Shown one piece after another: positions 44,601-54,392 of a stretch of 64,000 nt of DNA. The first letter of the stretch is position 1; the number at the start of each line of letters is the position of its first letter. Position numbers and translations under genes: made by a program. Origin of the DNA: Lama guanicoe (lineage: Eukaryota); NCBI GenBank assembly GCA_013239625.1, contig MU054122.1, positions 708,773-772,772 on the forward strand, written 5' to 3'. The notes under the pieces are model-generated. The model made no database searches. It worked only from the letters and a program-made list of their open reading frames with translations, and had not been told where the DNA came from.

Positions 44601-45203
44601 TTGCTTTTCATTGTCATTATCATTATTATTACTGTTCCATTTATCTTCATATAACGTATTTGTAAGCAGCCTTCAATTATTTTGAAACAAATATTTTAAA
44701 ACATCGACTAACTCAGTGCTGTATAGATATATGAAATATTCTTTGCAAAGAAATAATCATCTTCACATTTAAAATAATCCCCTATGCCACGTGGACTCCT
44801 GTTTTCATATCCTGCATTTCTATTTGGCAAATGACACTTGAAAGAGTATTCACGCATTTTAGTTTTTCAAAGAAGAAAGTTGTAGTGTTCTGCATAGCAT
44901 TCTATTCTCTGCCTCCTTCCAGTTTTTTCCTAATCATTTTATTTATTTATAGCCGACCCACGGAAGATGAGTCCTTCCAAACCGTCTTCCAGCGTGGCAG
45001 GAGTAGTGGTCATCATGGTCCTCCTGATCTTGCTAGGTGCTGGCCTCGCTGCGTATTTCTTTTATAAGAAAAGACGTGTGCACTTACCTCGAGAGGACAC
45101 TTTTGAAAACACTCTCTATTTCAACAGTGGATCAAGTCCAGGAACTAGTGATACCAAAGATCTCGTGGGTAACATTGAACAGAATGAACACATGGTCATC
45201 TAG
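2423..45203 (+). CDS. MRC1: Macrophage mannose receptor 1 (CD206), multi-exon, 5' part outside window; exons ~10-30 encode CTLD3-CTLD8, TM and cytoplasmic tail
   Basis: 21 distinct GT-AG exons splice in frame when one copy of each duplicated exon is used, giving GWKRHGFYCY...GEPNNYQNVEYC...WND...AAYFFYKKRR...FENTLYF...EHMVI*. This matches mammalian MRC1 as I recall it. Confidence 0.97.
2675..3316 (-). mobile_element. LINE-1 3' end, 5'-truncated
   Basis: T tail, then agtcagtttacaatgttgtg...ttagattccacatatgagtgatatc...tatatgcccaggag. Confidence 0.88.
4820..5267 (+). mobile_element. LINE-1 3' end, 5'-truncated
   Basis: aataatgccatttgcagcaacatggatggacctggag (ORF2 C-terminus) through the 3'UTR to acttcagtaaaa. 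Confidence 0.88.
5581..5729 (+). CDS. MRC1: MRC1 exon ~11, 149 nt
   Basis: polyT-taag|ATATGAA...ATGCCAG|gtacgt; YEQAFLTSLVGLRPERYFWTGLSD...WNSDMP. Confidence 0.95.
6160..6350. mobile_element. MIR-like SINE remnant
   Basis: agatggggaaactgggactcaga core-like motif. Confidence 0.5.
7730..7929 (+). CDS. MRC1: MRC1 exon ~12, 200 nt
   Basis: tgcag|GTCGG...TTCAAG|gtaagt; RKAGCVAMRTGVAGGLWDVLRC...SLCFK. Confidence 0.95.
10377..10504 (+). CDS. MRC1: MRC1 exon ~13 (CTLD4), 128 nt
   Basis: tttag|CTGTTT...GTGAC|gtgagt; LFTKGKHEKKTWFESRDFCRALGGDLASINNKEEQQAIWRLV. Confidence 0.94.
10970..11121 (+). repeat. T/A-rich low-complexity tract immediately upstream of exon ~14
   Basis: Degenerate (TTTTA/TATGTTTTA)n, with no AG dinucleotide. 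Confidence 0.85.
11124..11211 (+). CDS. MRC1: MRC1 exon ~14, 88 nt
   Basis: tgcag|GGCTAGT...TCTCCC|gtgagt; ASGSYHELFWLGLTYGSPSEGFTWSDGSP. Confidence 0.95.
12500..12644 (+). CDS. MRC1: MRC1 exon ~15 (CTLD4 EPN/WND sugar-binding motifs), 145 nt
   Basis: catag|GTTTCA...CGAAAAG|gtatga; VSYENWAYGEPNNYQNVEYCGELKGDPSMSWNDINCEHLNNWICQIRK. Confidence 0.95.
14226..14267 (+). CDS. MRC1: MRC1 exon ~16 (Pro-rich linker), 42 nt
   Basis: tccag|GACAA...CAAGACA|gtaggt; QTPNPEPTPAPQD. Confidence 0.92.
14500..14990 (-). mobile_element. MaLR (MLT1-like) solo LTR
   Basis: tttcctgtggctgctgtaaaaaattaccaccaacttggtggctt...atctaggataatctctccatctcaagatt..taacttaatcacatct. Confidence 0.75.
15491..15654 (+). CDS. MRC1: MRC1 exon ~17 (CTLD5), 164 nt
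   Basis: ttcag|ATCCCCCA...AAATAT|gtaagg; PPVTEDGWVIYKDYQYYFSKEKETMDKAREFC...KFLWKY. Confidence 0.95.
16056..16217 (-). mobile_element. tRNA-derived SINE (Vic-type) with TSD GACCAGATTCTT
   Basis: gagattgaacccaggac..tgcatgctaagcacatgctctacccctgagcta; TSD at 16044-16055 and 16218-16229. Confidence 0.87.
16907..16974 (+). CDS. MRC1: MRC1 exon ~18, 68 nt
   Basis: tttag|GTCAAC...TTTGC|gtaagt; VNRNDAQQAYFIGLLISLDRKF. Confidence 0.94.
18619..18719 (+). CDS. MRC1: MRC1 exon ~19, 101 nt
   Basis: tccag|TTGGATG...TTCAG|gtagac; WMDGSKVDYVAWATGEPNFANDDENCVTMYSNS. Confidence 0.95.
19383..19525 (+). CDS. MRC1: MRC1 exon ~20, 143 nt
   Basis: gtcag|GATTTTGG...CACAAG|gtacta; FWNDINCGYPNAFICQRHNSSINATAIPTAPSAPGGCKEGWSFYNHK. 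Confidence 0.94.
19868..19982 (+). CDS. MRC1: MRC1 exon ~21 (CTLD6), 115 nt
   Basis: cccag|TGTTTT...GAGCAAG|gtatgt; CFKIFGFLEEERKNWQEARKACIGFGGNLASIQNEKEQ. Confidence 0.95.
20130..20330. mobile_element. MIR-like SINE remnant
   Basis: taggcacagtgctgagcattttacat...ccattgtgaatgaggaaa. Confidence 0.55.
20647..20686 (+). repeat. (AC)20 microsatellite
   Basis: Perfect dinucleotide run. Confidence 0.97.
22285..22451 (+). CDS. MRC1: MRC1 exon ~22, 167 nt
   Basis: ttcag|CATTTC...GAAGAT|gtaaat; FLTYHMKDSTFNAWTGLND...GRRSSLSYED. Confidence 0.95.
22820..22845 (+). repeat. (ATC)n microsatellite
   Basis: atcatcatc... run. Confidence 0.9.
24457..24559 (+). CDS. MRC1: MRC1 exon ~23, copy A (end of CTLD6), 103 nt
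   Basis: tacag|GCTGAC...CCTCCTG|gtaagt; ADCVVVIGGKSRDAGKWMDDTCDSKRGYICQTPP. Confidence 0.9.
24640..25125 (-). mobile_element. Old L1M-type 3' fragment (duplicated at 26863-27348)
   Basis: catgtaaccaccacc...ccctggcaactac...tcatataaatggaatca...gtattccattgt. Confidence 0.7.
26680..26782 (+). CDS. MRC1: MRC1 exon ~23, copy B (duplicate)
   Basis: Same exon sequence and splice sites as 24457-24559, offset 2223 nt. Confidence 0.75.
29535..29845. mobile_element. hAT-Charlie MER58-like DNA transposon
   Basis: cagaggttggtaaaccttttctgtaa...catacggtctctgttgc..actcaattctgc...aaacaaatgaacctggctgtg. Confidence 0.7.
30677..30909 (+). CDS. MRC1: MRC1 exon ~24 (CTLD7), 233 nt
   Basis: tccag|ACTCTT...AACTTG|gtaaga; SSLPSSPTTIPTDGFIKYG...VWIALNSNL. 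Confidence 0.95.
31565..31650 (+). mobile_element. Very short L1 3' tail insertion with polyA, possible TSD TAAGTAG (duplicated at ~33641-33725)
   Basis: caccagaaagtaacacaacattgtaaactgactatacttcaatt followed by an A tail. Confidence 0.7.
32124..32224 (-). mobile_element. tRNA-derived SINE (Vic-type), degenerate; duplicated at ~34199-34299
   Basis: gattaaacccgggactctta..taagcacttgctccaccactaagcta, T-rich tail. Confidence 0.65.
32947..33112 (+). CDS. MRC1: MRC1 exon ~25, copy A (end of CTLD7), 166 nt
   Basis: tacag|ACCAAT...TCAGAAG|gtaatt; TNNEYVWTDKWRVRYTNWAPDEP...LCKSSE. Confidence 0.9.
35022..35187 (+). CDS. MRC1: MRC1 exon ~25, copy B (duplicate)
   Basis: Same exon sequence and splice sites as 32947-33112, offset 2075 nt. 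Confidence 0.75.
36050..36199 (+). CDS. MRC1: MRC1 exon ~26 (CTLD8 start), 150 nt
   Basis: aacag|AAACCC...ATGG|gtaagt; TPATEPPQLPGRCPESEHTAWIPFHGHCYY...LECLRM. Confidence 0.95.
36885..40715 (-). mobile_element. Internally deleted LINE-1 (3'UTR, ORF2 pieces, ORF1, 5'UTR)
   Basis: 3' end agctttattgagg; ORF2 motifs (tttgcatttccatgatgatt, gcagaagctttttagg); ORF1-like minus-strand peptide ISDLASREFKITVTDMLNEVRKAVHEQSKNFNK; T-rich run at 39463-39525. Confidence 0.85.
40940..41130. mobile_element. MIR-like SINE remnant
   Basis: ttacttgccctctggactttagattccttatctgtaaagtgggg. Confidence 0.55.
42109..42222 (+). CDS. MRC1: MRC1 exon ~27, 114 nt
   Basis: tgtag|GTTCC...GTGGAAG|gtaatt; SSLVSIESAAESSFLSYRVEPLQSKTNFWIGLYRNVE. 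Confidence 0.95.
42743..42907 (+). CDS. MRC1: MRC1 exon ~28, 165 nt
   Basis: atcag|GATCG...CCAAAAA|gtaagt; SWLWVNNNPVSFVNWNTGDPSGERNDC...GYICKRPK. Confidence 0.95.
43743..43800 (+). repeat. (GGAT)n/(AGAT)n tetranucleotide repeat
   Basis: ggatggatgg...gatagatagatag. Confidence 0.85.
44006..44047 (+). CDS. MRC1: MRC1 exon ~29 (stalk), 42 nt
   Basis: aacag|TTGTTGAT...ACAAAAG|gtaaga; VDAEPTHTLLTTK. Confidence 0.9.
44953..45203 (+). CDS. MRC1: MRC1 terminal exon ~30 coding part: TM helix and cytoplasmic tail with FENTLY endocytosis motif
   Basis: tatag|CCGAC...; VAGVVVIMVLLILLGAGLAAYFFY-KKRR...FENTLYF...EHMVI, TAG at 45201-45203. Confidence 0.96.
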
Positions 45204-45892
45204 TATCATGATGGGATTTAGATATATTTGAATTTCACAAGATTATAACTAAAATGTTAAGATCTTTCATTCAATGTGATTATTGCCTTTAAAATTAGTA
45301 CTGTATTACACTGGTCTGTCCTTTTTTTTTTTTTTCTTTGCCTAATTGAAGAAATAGTTTCTCATTTTTCAGCCTGGCAAGATATTTTCACAAAAGAGGG
45401 AAAATAGTATTGACTACTATGTTAAAAAAATATCTTAGGTGAATACACAGCATTGGTGTGAAGCTAGTATCAAATGCAAACAGAGTACAAGAACCCCAGA
45501 AACAACCAATTAAGCTTCCAGAAAATTTAAGGAGGTCTCCAAGAAATGTTACTCATTGAATAGTTATTCAGTACTTAGGAGACTGTTTTAAAAATCAAGT
45601 ACAGATAACCTCAGGTGACACAAATATTTAGACACTTCTTTTCTTTGACCAAACTTGAGTTTTACTCCAGCTATTTAGAATTGTATTTGTACATGTGCAG
45701 AAATAAGGCAGCTGAGTATCTTGTTTGCCCCAAGCAGGATTGTCCAGGCTGAATATTGCAAATGTGTTCTTTGTCCTGTTTTATGTATATCAGGAATGCA
45801 AAGATGTGAAATTAAAAAATGTAAATTTGCATAACTGGATGTACTTAGATAATGTGAAATAAACCTCAAAGACAAGGTCTATTTTTAATAGA
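45204..45892 (+). other. MRC1: MRC1 3' UTR (end approximate)
   Basis: AU-rich sequence between the stop codon and the AATAAA, followed by a GT/T-rich downstream element. Confidence 0.7.
45858..45863 (+). terminator. Polyadenylation signal AATAAA
   Basis: AATAAA followed about 30 nt later by a T/GT-rich tract (tttgtattttggtg). Confidence 0.75.
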
Positions 45893-46516
45893 TTTGTATT
45901 TTGGTGATCTTGGTAAGTGTAAATTTTCTTTTAACCGTGATTTATTTATCCATTTACTTTCTACTTAACTTTACTCTGAAAATAAATGATATTATTAGTA
46001 GAGGAATTCTTTCAACTCTTCATCTGTTCGGAAAAGTAGGTTATGGAAACACTATGCATAAAACGATGTTTTTACCATAATGACTTGCTTAGTTCCTCTA
46101 GGTCTTACCCCTGTAACACTGATTTGTCTTCAACTCAACTATCAAAGGCATTGTTATTGGAAATTAGGTCTCTAAATATCTTTTCTTCACTTTAACAATT
46201 CCTTTTTTGCTTAAAATGTTTTGCCTTAGATAAAGCTTTACGTTCATTGTGAAATACGTTGGAGGTGTCACGTTTACACAGCTACCATGCCCCCAGCTCA
46301 CCCTTTCCTGTCCCAAGATGTTGCTCAGGGGCTTAAATTCCTTACCTCGGGTCCCTAAAGAGGACTCCTTAGGTGGCATTAATGGGGTCATTGAGGGTCT
46401 CCAAATTGCATGCAAAATATTATATCCATTTGTGTTGATGCCTTTTTTTCCTAGGAAGAAAATAGCTAGGTTTTCCAGAAAGTCCATAATGCAAAGGAAA
46501 CTAAGAAGAAGAGATA

Positions 46517-47240
46517 AGACTTCAATGCCTTATCTTTTCAGGAAAACCTCTGTATTTGGCAGGGTGCTGAGCTTTATACTTCACATCCTCATATGATACT
46601 CTCAACATACAATCAGTAGATAAATTATCTGTATTTGTACACGTACCCAGCATATTGGGTAGGAGATAAGATGGAGTTTCCAATACCCCAACTTAGGCGG
46701 CAGGTAGAAAGAAACAGGACACTAGAGGTGGGCAATTGTGGAAAAGCTTGCGGAGCACAAACAACACCATCTCACACCTAACACAATAGAAAACAAATTG
46801 TTTTATTTTCTTGGTAAGAACAAAGCATATTCCATTTGAGGAAGTTCCAATGGAAGTGTTGACTACAGTGTCAAAGCAGTGGGTGGCCAGCTAGAGTAAA
46901 GAAGTTCCTTCAAGTATATATCCCTTCCTGGATAAACCTATATTTTCACAAGATACAAGAGAAAGACGTAAGAGAGAATGAGAATGGAAGATGAAAAATA
47001 CATGAGTGACAGTGATTTACAAATCCTTTGTACCAGTCATTTTCATTCTAATTCAGAGTTGCATTTTCATAGAAGATATTTTGGACTTCAAACCACATGT
47101 ATCTCAGACTTAAATGTCTTGTCTTTTCAGGAACCCCTCTGTATTTGGCAGGGTACTGAGTATTATACGTCACACCCTCATATTATACTCCTAAACATAC
47201 AATCAAATAAGTAAGTCATCTGTGTTTATCCATGTACCCA
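46517..47240 (+). repeat. Diverged ~135-bp direct repeat pair (46517-46649 and 47106-47240)
   Basis: tcttttcagga..cctctgtatttggcagggt.ctgag..ttatac.tcaca.cctcatat.atactc..aacatacaatca occurs twice, about 590 nt apart. Confidence 0.85.
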
Positions 47241-47761
47241 AACACAGTACTAAAATATTGAGAATTTTTTTGTGGTAGTGGGGATGGAGAAGGGTAATAT
47301 TTGTTTTGTTTGCTTTTTGCATTTATTTTTGGTATTGGTTGTTGAAGTTGATTTGTTTTCATTTTTTAATCAGAAATTCTATCTGAGGATTAACTGTTAA
47401 AGGGGTCTCCTCAGTGCCTTTACAGTTGCTTCAGGTTTTCATCAGAATTCAGCAGCTGGAAGAGACTTAAGTATATTTCTTCCAGTTGAACTCAAAACAA
47501 CGTGAAGCATCTGTAACTGGAACTCTAAAAACAAAGATGATATCTCTAGAAACTGGAAGAGTCTTGATTCATCCATTTGCAGTAATTCACTCACGTATCT
47601 GTATATTTACACATTCATTTATCAAATATTCTTTGAGCATCTAATGTACATGCCATGCATTGAGCTAGGTCCTGGAGATTCAAATCTGGGTAAGAAACAG
47701 TGTTTGTCAACAAGAAGTGCACAGTCTAATGGGGGTCCAGGCATAAAAGATCATTTTTTGG

Positions 47762-48838
47762 ATTTTTTTATGGAAGTATAGTTGATATATAATATTATAC
47801 AAATTACAGGTGTACAGTATAGTGATTCACAATTTTTAAAGGTTATACTCCATTAATAGTTACAAAATATTGGTTATATTCCCTGTGTTGTACAATATAT
47901 TCTTGTAGCTTCTTTTATACCTAAAAATTTATGCCTCTTAATCCCCTACCTCTATCTCCCACTCTCTCCACCAATAACCACTAGTTTGTTCTCTGTATCT
48001 ATGAGTCTGCTTCTTTTTTTGTTATTGATATTCATTTGTTTTATTTTTTAGATTCCACATATAAGTTATATCATACAGTGTTTGTCTTTCTCTGTCTGAC
48101 TTATTTCACTTAGCATAATGCCTTCCAAGTCCATCCATGTTGTTGCTAATGGCAAAATTTCATTCTTTTTTATGGCTGAGTAGTATTCCATTGTATGTAT
48201 ATACGCCACATCTTCTTTATCTATTCATATGTTAATGGACATTTAGGTTGCTTCCATAGCTGTATTTCCATAATTGTAAATAATGCTGCTATGAACATTG
48301 GGGTGCATGTATCTTTTCAAATTATGTATTTTTGTTTCATTCAGATATATATCTAGGAGAGGAATTGCTGGGTCATATGGTAATTCTACTTTTAGGTTTT
48401 TTTTTTTTTTGAGAAATCTCCATACTGTTTTCCACAGTGACTGCATGAATATACATTCCCAGCAACAGTGTACAAGGGTTCCCCTTTTCCCACATCCTTG
48501 CCAATGTTCGTTATTTGTGATCTTTTTGATGATGACCATTCTGACATGTGTGAAGTGATATCTCATTATGATTTTGATTTGCATTTCCCTGATGATTAGC
48601 AAAGTTGAATGTCTTTTCATGTACCTGTTGGTCATCTGCATGTCTTCTTTGGAAAATTGTCTATTCAGGTCTTTTGCCCATTTTTGAGTTGGGTTGTTTG
48701 TTTTTTGATGTTGAGTTGTATGAGTGTTTATATACGTTGGGTCTTAACCTGTTATCAATCATATCATTTGCAAATATTCTCCCATTCAGTAGGTTGTCTT
48801 CTCATTTTGTTGATGGTTTCCCTTACGGTGCTAAAGCT
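47762..48838 (-). mobile_element. LINE-1 3' ~1.1 kb (ORF2 C-terminus and 3'UTR)
   Basis: Minus-strand [26 protein letters not shown]...[11 protein letters not shown] is a classic L1 ORF2 C-terminal sequence. Confidence 0.93.
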
Positions 48839-50940
48839 ATGAGAGATTATTTTACAACATTTTGGAGGATGCATTAATAGAAACAGGTTTAAGATCTTTT
48901 TTTCAGCTTTTATTGAGATGTAATCGACATATTATTTGGTTTTTTTTGATGTTGTTGTTATATGACAGCCACTAATTATATTATTAGTAAGTACATTATT
49001 TCACTAAACTCAAACTAAATGTATTCCAAATTCAATGTCCGTTTATCCTGATTCTCAGAAATGCTCATGGTCCCTCCCACAGGCCTCAACACAAGAGGCA
49101 GTTTCATAGAGGGGTAGTTGAAGTGGAGAGCCTGAAACAATTATGGGTAAAATATTTTACTTCTGCACATTTTATTTAAAAAACACGACCACATGAAAAC
49201 ACTTTGGGGGCCCTCTCAGGATTTTGGGAGGGACCCATGCAAGCGAGGAGCCCCTAAACTGAAGCACCATTTGCTTCTCAATCAAAGTGTCAGGAACAGC
49301 TTCTGAGAGAAGTGGCATCTGAGTGGACACTGAGCAGAGCCTGACCGGATGGTAAGGAGTACTTTGGGGGGGAAGGAGGGAAGGTAGGAATGGATGTCAG
49401 AATTAAAAACTTGAGCAAAGCCACTGAGGTGAGAAACAGCTGTTTGTAGTTGGGGAGTAAAGCGAGATGCACGTGGTAGGGACGTGAGTTTAGGAATCAC
49501 AGGCTCAAATCCTGACAGGAGGTGGTCCTTGTTTGGTCCTCCCTCTACCTGGTCTACATTCAGAGCATCCTGACATCACATCAGGCTCTGCCCTCTCAAC
49601 CTAACCAAGTTGATGACACATCTAACTGCTTTGTTGCCTTAAAACACACAATCAAGGCATGTGTGACCTGGCTTAGTTTAGAGAGGCCCTCATAAGTAAA
49701 ACCCCTTTTTACTCAGACACTAGATTTTGGGGCCATTACGTTACTCTAGTAAACTCAGAATTAGGCTCAGAGCCCCACCACTCCCCGCACCCAAAGATTT
49801 AGGTCACATAACATGGGGTGCATAGAACAATTATTGGCTTGTCTCCATAACAATGGTAGACAATCCTACCTTAATTTAGAAACCTGTATATTAAGAATGT
49901 AAAGCACCTACATTAGTGAGAATGTACCATCTGCTAATAACTTTGGGAAACTACTGCATTGGCTCTAAACGGGTATCTCAACAATGGTTGCCCTTTGTCA
50001 TCACATGAGTCTCACCCCAGCCCCACAAAAATAGAATTTGGGGGTGAGACTCAGGCATTGGCTTGACAAGCAAAACAGAACAGAACAGAGCAAGCAAATA
50101 AGAACTCCCCAGATGGTTTCATGAACTTGGTGATGAAGAACTGATGTTGAATAGTCCTTCTGTGAAGGTTAATTACTCAGGATTCCCTATGAGGTCAACA
50201 TTCTTGAGGACATGTATACAGCCATGTCGTTCACAGTTATAAGAGAGCAGTTGGTGAATTTCCTGATGTAGAAAGGCTACCCTTAATATAATTTTATTTT
50301 TTAATTACTTTTTTTTTCTTTACCAAAGAGAGGATTCAATCCCAAATTCTTACAATAAAGTTTGTCTTTTCATTCTGGTTTTTCTGATTGTGTCCAACTA
50401 TTGAATAAGAAAATTTCCTTGAAACATTGTTTTAGGTTAAGCCTAAAGCGATGTTATCATCAACATGTTCTAGGAAACTTCTTCTATGGGAAATTGTGCC
50501 CAAACTTTTCAACAACATGCCAGGAACACATATTTTGGAATTAGAATTTCTTTAGTGTTCTGTAAATAATGTTTTTCATTTAGAAAGCACCTCCCCGCCC
50601 ACCTCCCGACAGGCAGCTCCTTTAAACAAAAGGTGATAGTGATATTGGAAAGACTCTCTGAACTGGCTGGAGATCCTGGCTGGGCTTTAAAATACTGAAG
50701 TTATTCATGGCAGATCTACATTAGGTTTTGGCAAAGATGATTGATTTTATTCAACTTGCTCTGCGGGTTGAGTCAAACTTTCTCCTTCGGGGTCTGATTA
50801 CAGCTCACGTACGTAGAGTTCTCTAGAAGTTTTAAAGAAACCTACACAGCTATCATGGTCCCTTTGTGGCTGACTTAATTTTTTTTTAAGGGCAAGAAAA
50901 TTCAAGATTGTCTGGGCTTGCTCCTGATTCAGGGTGTTGG

Positions 50941-51145
50941 CAGGGGTTCTCAAACGTTCATGGGTGTAAGAGCCACATGGAGAGCTGATTCAAATTACAG
51001 ATTCCTTCAGACCCAAGCTTATGAGCCTGACGAAGCAGACCTGGGTCCAGTCCTGGAATCTGCACTTCAGCAATCATCCCAGGGGATTCGAATGCCCTCA
51101 GGCTGTGATTTTGATGAGCTCCATTTGGGAATCGTTTTACACTGA
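50941..51145. mobile_element. MER5-like hAT DNA transposon remnant
   Basis: caggggttctcaaac...ctgggtccagtcctggaatctgcactt. Confidence 0.55.
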
Positions 51146-51326
51146 GGTATCATTTTCCCAAAGCTCTTAGAAATCTCACATAATCCACGAGGTTATGGCC
51201 ATTTAGCCAAACAGCGTGGGAGTTAACCAAACCTGTAGTTTTTCAATTCTTTCTGTTAAATAATCAGGAGCTGTAGATGCTAAAATCCACTTTTTCACTT
51301 CTCTTCCTGAGCTCCCTTATACTCTC

Positions 51327-51705
51327 TGCTATCAACTGAACATTTGCATGCTGCACCCTCCCCCACCTCCCGAATTCACATATTGTGACCTAAGCCCTGG
51401 GTGATGATATTTGGAGATTTGGAGGTGAGACCTTTGGGAGGTGATTAGGTCATGAGAGTGGCACTTTCATGAATGGGATGAGTGCCCTTACAGAAGAGAC
51501 CCCAGAGGGCTCCCTACCCCTTCCATCATGTGAGGACACAGGGACAAAATGGCCATCTGTGAACCAGGAAGCAAACTGTCACCAGTCACTGAATCTGCTG
51601 GCACCTTGATCTTGGACTTCCCAGCCTCCAGCATGGTGAGAAATAGGTTTCTGTTGTTTATAAGCCATCATGTGTTTTGTTATAGAAGCCCAAATGCACT
51701 GAGAC
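51327..51705 (+). mobile_element. MaLR (MLT1-like) solo LTR
   Basis: tttgggaggtgattaggtcatgag...atgtgaggacaca...gaatctgctggcaccttgatcttggacttcccagcctcc...tgagaca. Confidence 0.85.
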
Positions 51706-52699
51706 ATTCTCCCAATGCTGTAGTGTTCTTCCATAACCTTCACAATCACCACGAATGAGTATGGGTGAGTTGGCCATTCGTCTCTCTCTTCCAATCTTTG
51801 AATATAAACTCCAAGAAGGGAAAGGCCAGATCTTACGTCGTCCTGGGCAGAATCCTGTATCTTTGTGAAAAGAGCCATTTCTCCTCGTTGTTGATAACGA
51901 CAGAAAAGTTTTTATCACCGTAGAGACTCTCACCTCATGGAAACGTCAGTCTCCTTGGGTCGCAGTTTGCTCATCTTCTAAAAGAAGTCAGTGGAAACCT
52001 TCTAGTGTTGTAACTTTGTTCTCTTGAGAAGTGTGAAAGCAGGAGAAACGTCATCAGCTTCATTGAAAAAAATTGCAGTAACTCTTTCAAAGAGGATTCT
52101 GTCTCTTATTTTCCCACAGTTTTCTGGAAATCAGAGTAACCCTTGGCTGTAAAGGTAATAGGGAAACTGATTAAGTGCCTGTCAAATGCCAGGCAGAGTG
52201 GCATTAATCAGATGAAGTCCAGATGGTTCTGAAATGCGTTCTGCTGACTCCCATGTGCCACCCGAGGGGATAATTCCAAAACTGACCTGGTGGGGACACA
52301 GGAGGGGGATTTGAATTTTCCAGTGGAGAAGAAGGGCGGGTGTGGGATTGATAGTCTCCAGGAATCTACTTATCTGCCTATGACAGTTTGTTTACCCAGC
52401 AAGGTTTGACTCCTTCCAGGAAATGCCAGACTGTGAGATGGGCTAGGCAGTGTCTATGTGTTTGTGTGACTGATCTGGGGTCTTATAATAAAAAGTCCTG
52501 ATTTTCTCTGGACAGGTCTGGACTTCTGTCTGGATCTTTGCTGCCGTGTGTTAGAGGCTTAACTAGAGCTGAATTACTTAAGAGTTGCATTTGTACTCTG
52601 CTAGCCCCCTTCCTACCTGTGCTGTGAGCTGCCTCCCCATATGGACCGCAGCCCCGCCAGATCCACCTGTGCAGGTCTCAAGCACCTGCCATGTGTACA

Positions 52700-54392
52700 T
52701 CACAAAGCAGGTGCTGGGACTCCTGCTTTTACAATCTGCAGGGCCACTGCCCACCCAGTGTGGACACTGAAACCAAACCTGCAGAGCATGAAGAAGGAAG
52801 CAGACCCAGCTGGGACCATAGCCAGAACAGCTGACACAAACCCTATGGCCAAGCAAAAGATGATTTGGTACACTCTCCGAGGGGCCCCAGCCAACTGGAA
52901 CTCCTGAAACCACAGCTTTCTCTGGGTCAGAAATGATGTGTGTAGTCATTCAGCTTGTTTTCCCTCCTCCTTGTTCTTGTCTAAAAGCCACATCTCTTCC
53001 TTGGAAGGCAGCAAAATCTCAACACTCTGGGGTTTCCATGCGGGCAGAGAGGAGCAGAGAGAACAAATCCAGCCGGGGGAGGCCAGATAGTATCAGGTAG
53101 CCTTTCCTGAAGCTGATCTTGGGAAAATCCAAGCCACTGTGTTCTTTTGGACTGTCTTCAACTGAGTGTATTCCACAGTGCCAAGCCTCAGAATATCAAA
53201 GAACCACTTACAAAATCCTCCATTCCTCCCAAGAAACAGAGTAACTGAGCCAAGAGGGCATCTTTGCCAACAACTATCACATAGGGAGACAAAAACTGAA
53301 AGAAAAAAAAGCTTCAAGACCAAGAGATTCTTGCAATAACCTTAAATGAAAAAGAATATGAAAACAAATACATGTCTGTATATGCATGACTGGGACATTG
53401 TGCTAGACACCAGAGATGGACACATTGTAACTGCTTATACCTCAATTAAAAAAAACAAAAAGACCAAGAGAATGTGTTATTGGCAGGAAGAACCAGTCAC
53501 TCCTTCTCCAAATGTTCCCGTTATCAGCAAACCAAAGTTATTTTGGTGGCTGCCATTAACCCTAAGGAACTCACAAAAAAAGACTAAGAAACTAAAAAAC
53601 ATAATAGTTCAGTGATTGTAGTAGATACACTACTTGGGCAGCACTCAACATCTATAATTTATGCATTTTTCAGCTCTGACATCATTCTCTTCAACTAATG
53701 GAATCTCAGTTTCTACTGCATCTGACATCGCAGTGTCAAGTGGTAAAATGCTGTAAAGAACGCAAACAGCAAACTGACAACGAGCAAGCTGCCAGCTCAA
53801 AAGCTGTTGCTGGAACCTAGCTGAGGACAAGTGGTTGAATCTAGTCTGTTCTTCTGAACATACCAATCGTAGCATTACAACTCCCCAAACGTTGGCACCT
53901 CTGCGGAGGGTATCACCCTAGAGATGCCAGCAGACCGTTCTGTAGTTAGCATGGAAAGCAGAATTATACTCATTTAGTTGCACTTTGGGGCCAAAACTAC
54001 CATCACAGAGATGCTCCACACCATCATCCCTAAAGATTCATGCCTAAGACATCTGTGATCACCACTAGGGCAGGAAGAGATGAGTTAACAGCCAGTAAAC
54101 CACCCGTACGGACCATACGCCCAATATCACATGGTCACCACGAAACCTTACAATGTTCAAGAAGGAGGTTGAGATATTGTACAGATTATTGATGATGGAG
54201 AAAATCTAGGGTTGAAGCCACTCTCAGTACTCTCTTGGCAGAGCTCATAAAGATGCTGAAGATGCCGGCGGTAAACCCAAGACAGCACGGCTCCATCGGA
54301 CAACACGAGCCCTTGCCACAAAGCTTCTGAATGGTACTTGGTAAACAGCTGCCACACGGGGTGTGCTTTCTTCCCCTATTCAAGAGCTAGAC
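52700..54392 (-). pseudogene. Candidate decayed multi-pass membrane protein gene (class A GPCR-like spacing), at least two exon remnants
   Basis: Minus-strand splice signals (cag|54392, 54152|gtaagg, ttttttttctttcag|53295) join hydrophobic reading frames in phase; contains stops and frameshifts; no homolog recognised. Confidence 0.3.
53328..53459 (+). mobile_element. Short L1 3' tail insertion with 12-bp TSD AAGACCAAGAGA
   Basis: Similar to 5148-5265; A tail; TSD at 53316-53327 and 53460-53471. Confidence 0.85.

Noticed and set aside
48243..48877. 132-aa ORF and overlapping ORFs as a host gene
   Set aside because: These are the L1 ORF2 C-terminal remnant and its antisense frames.
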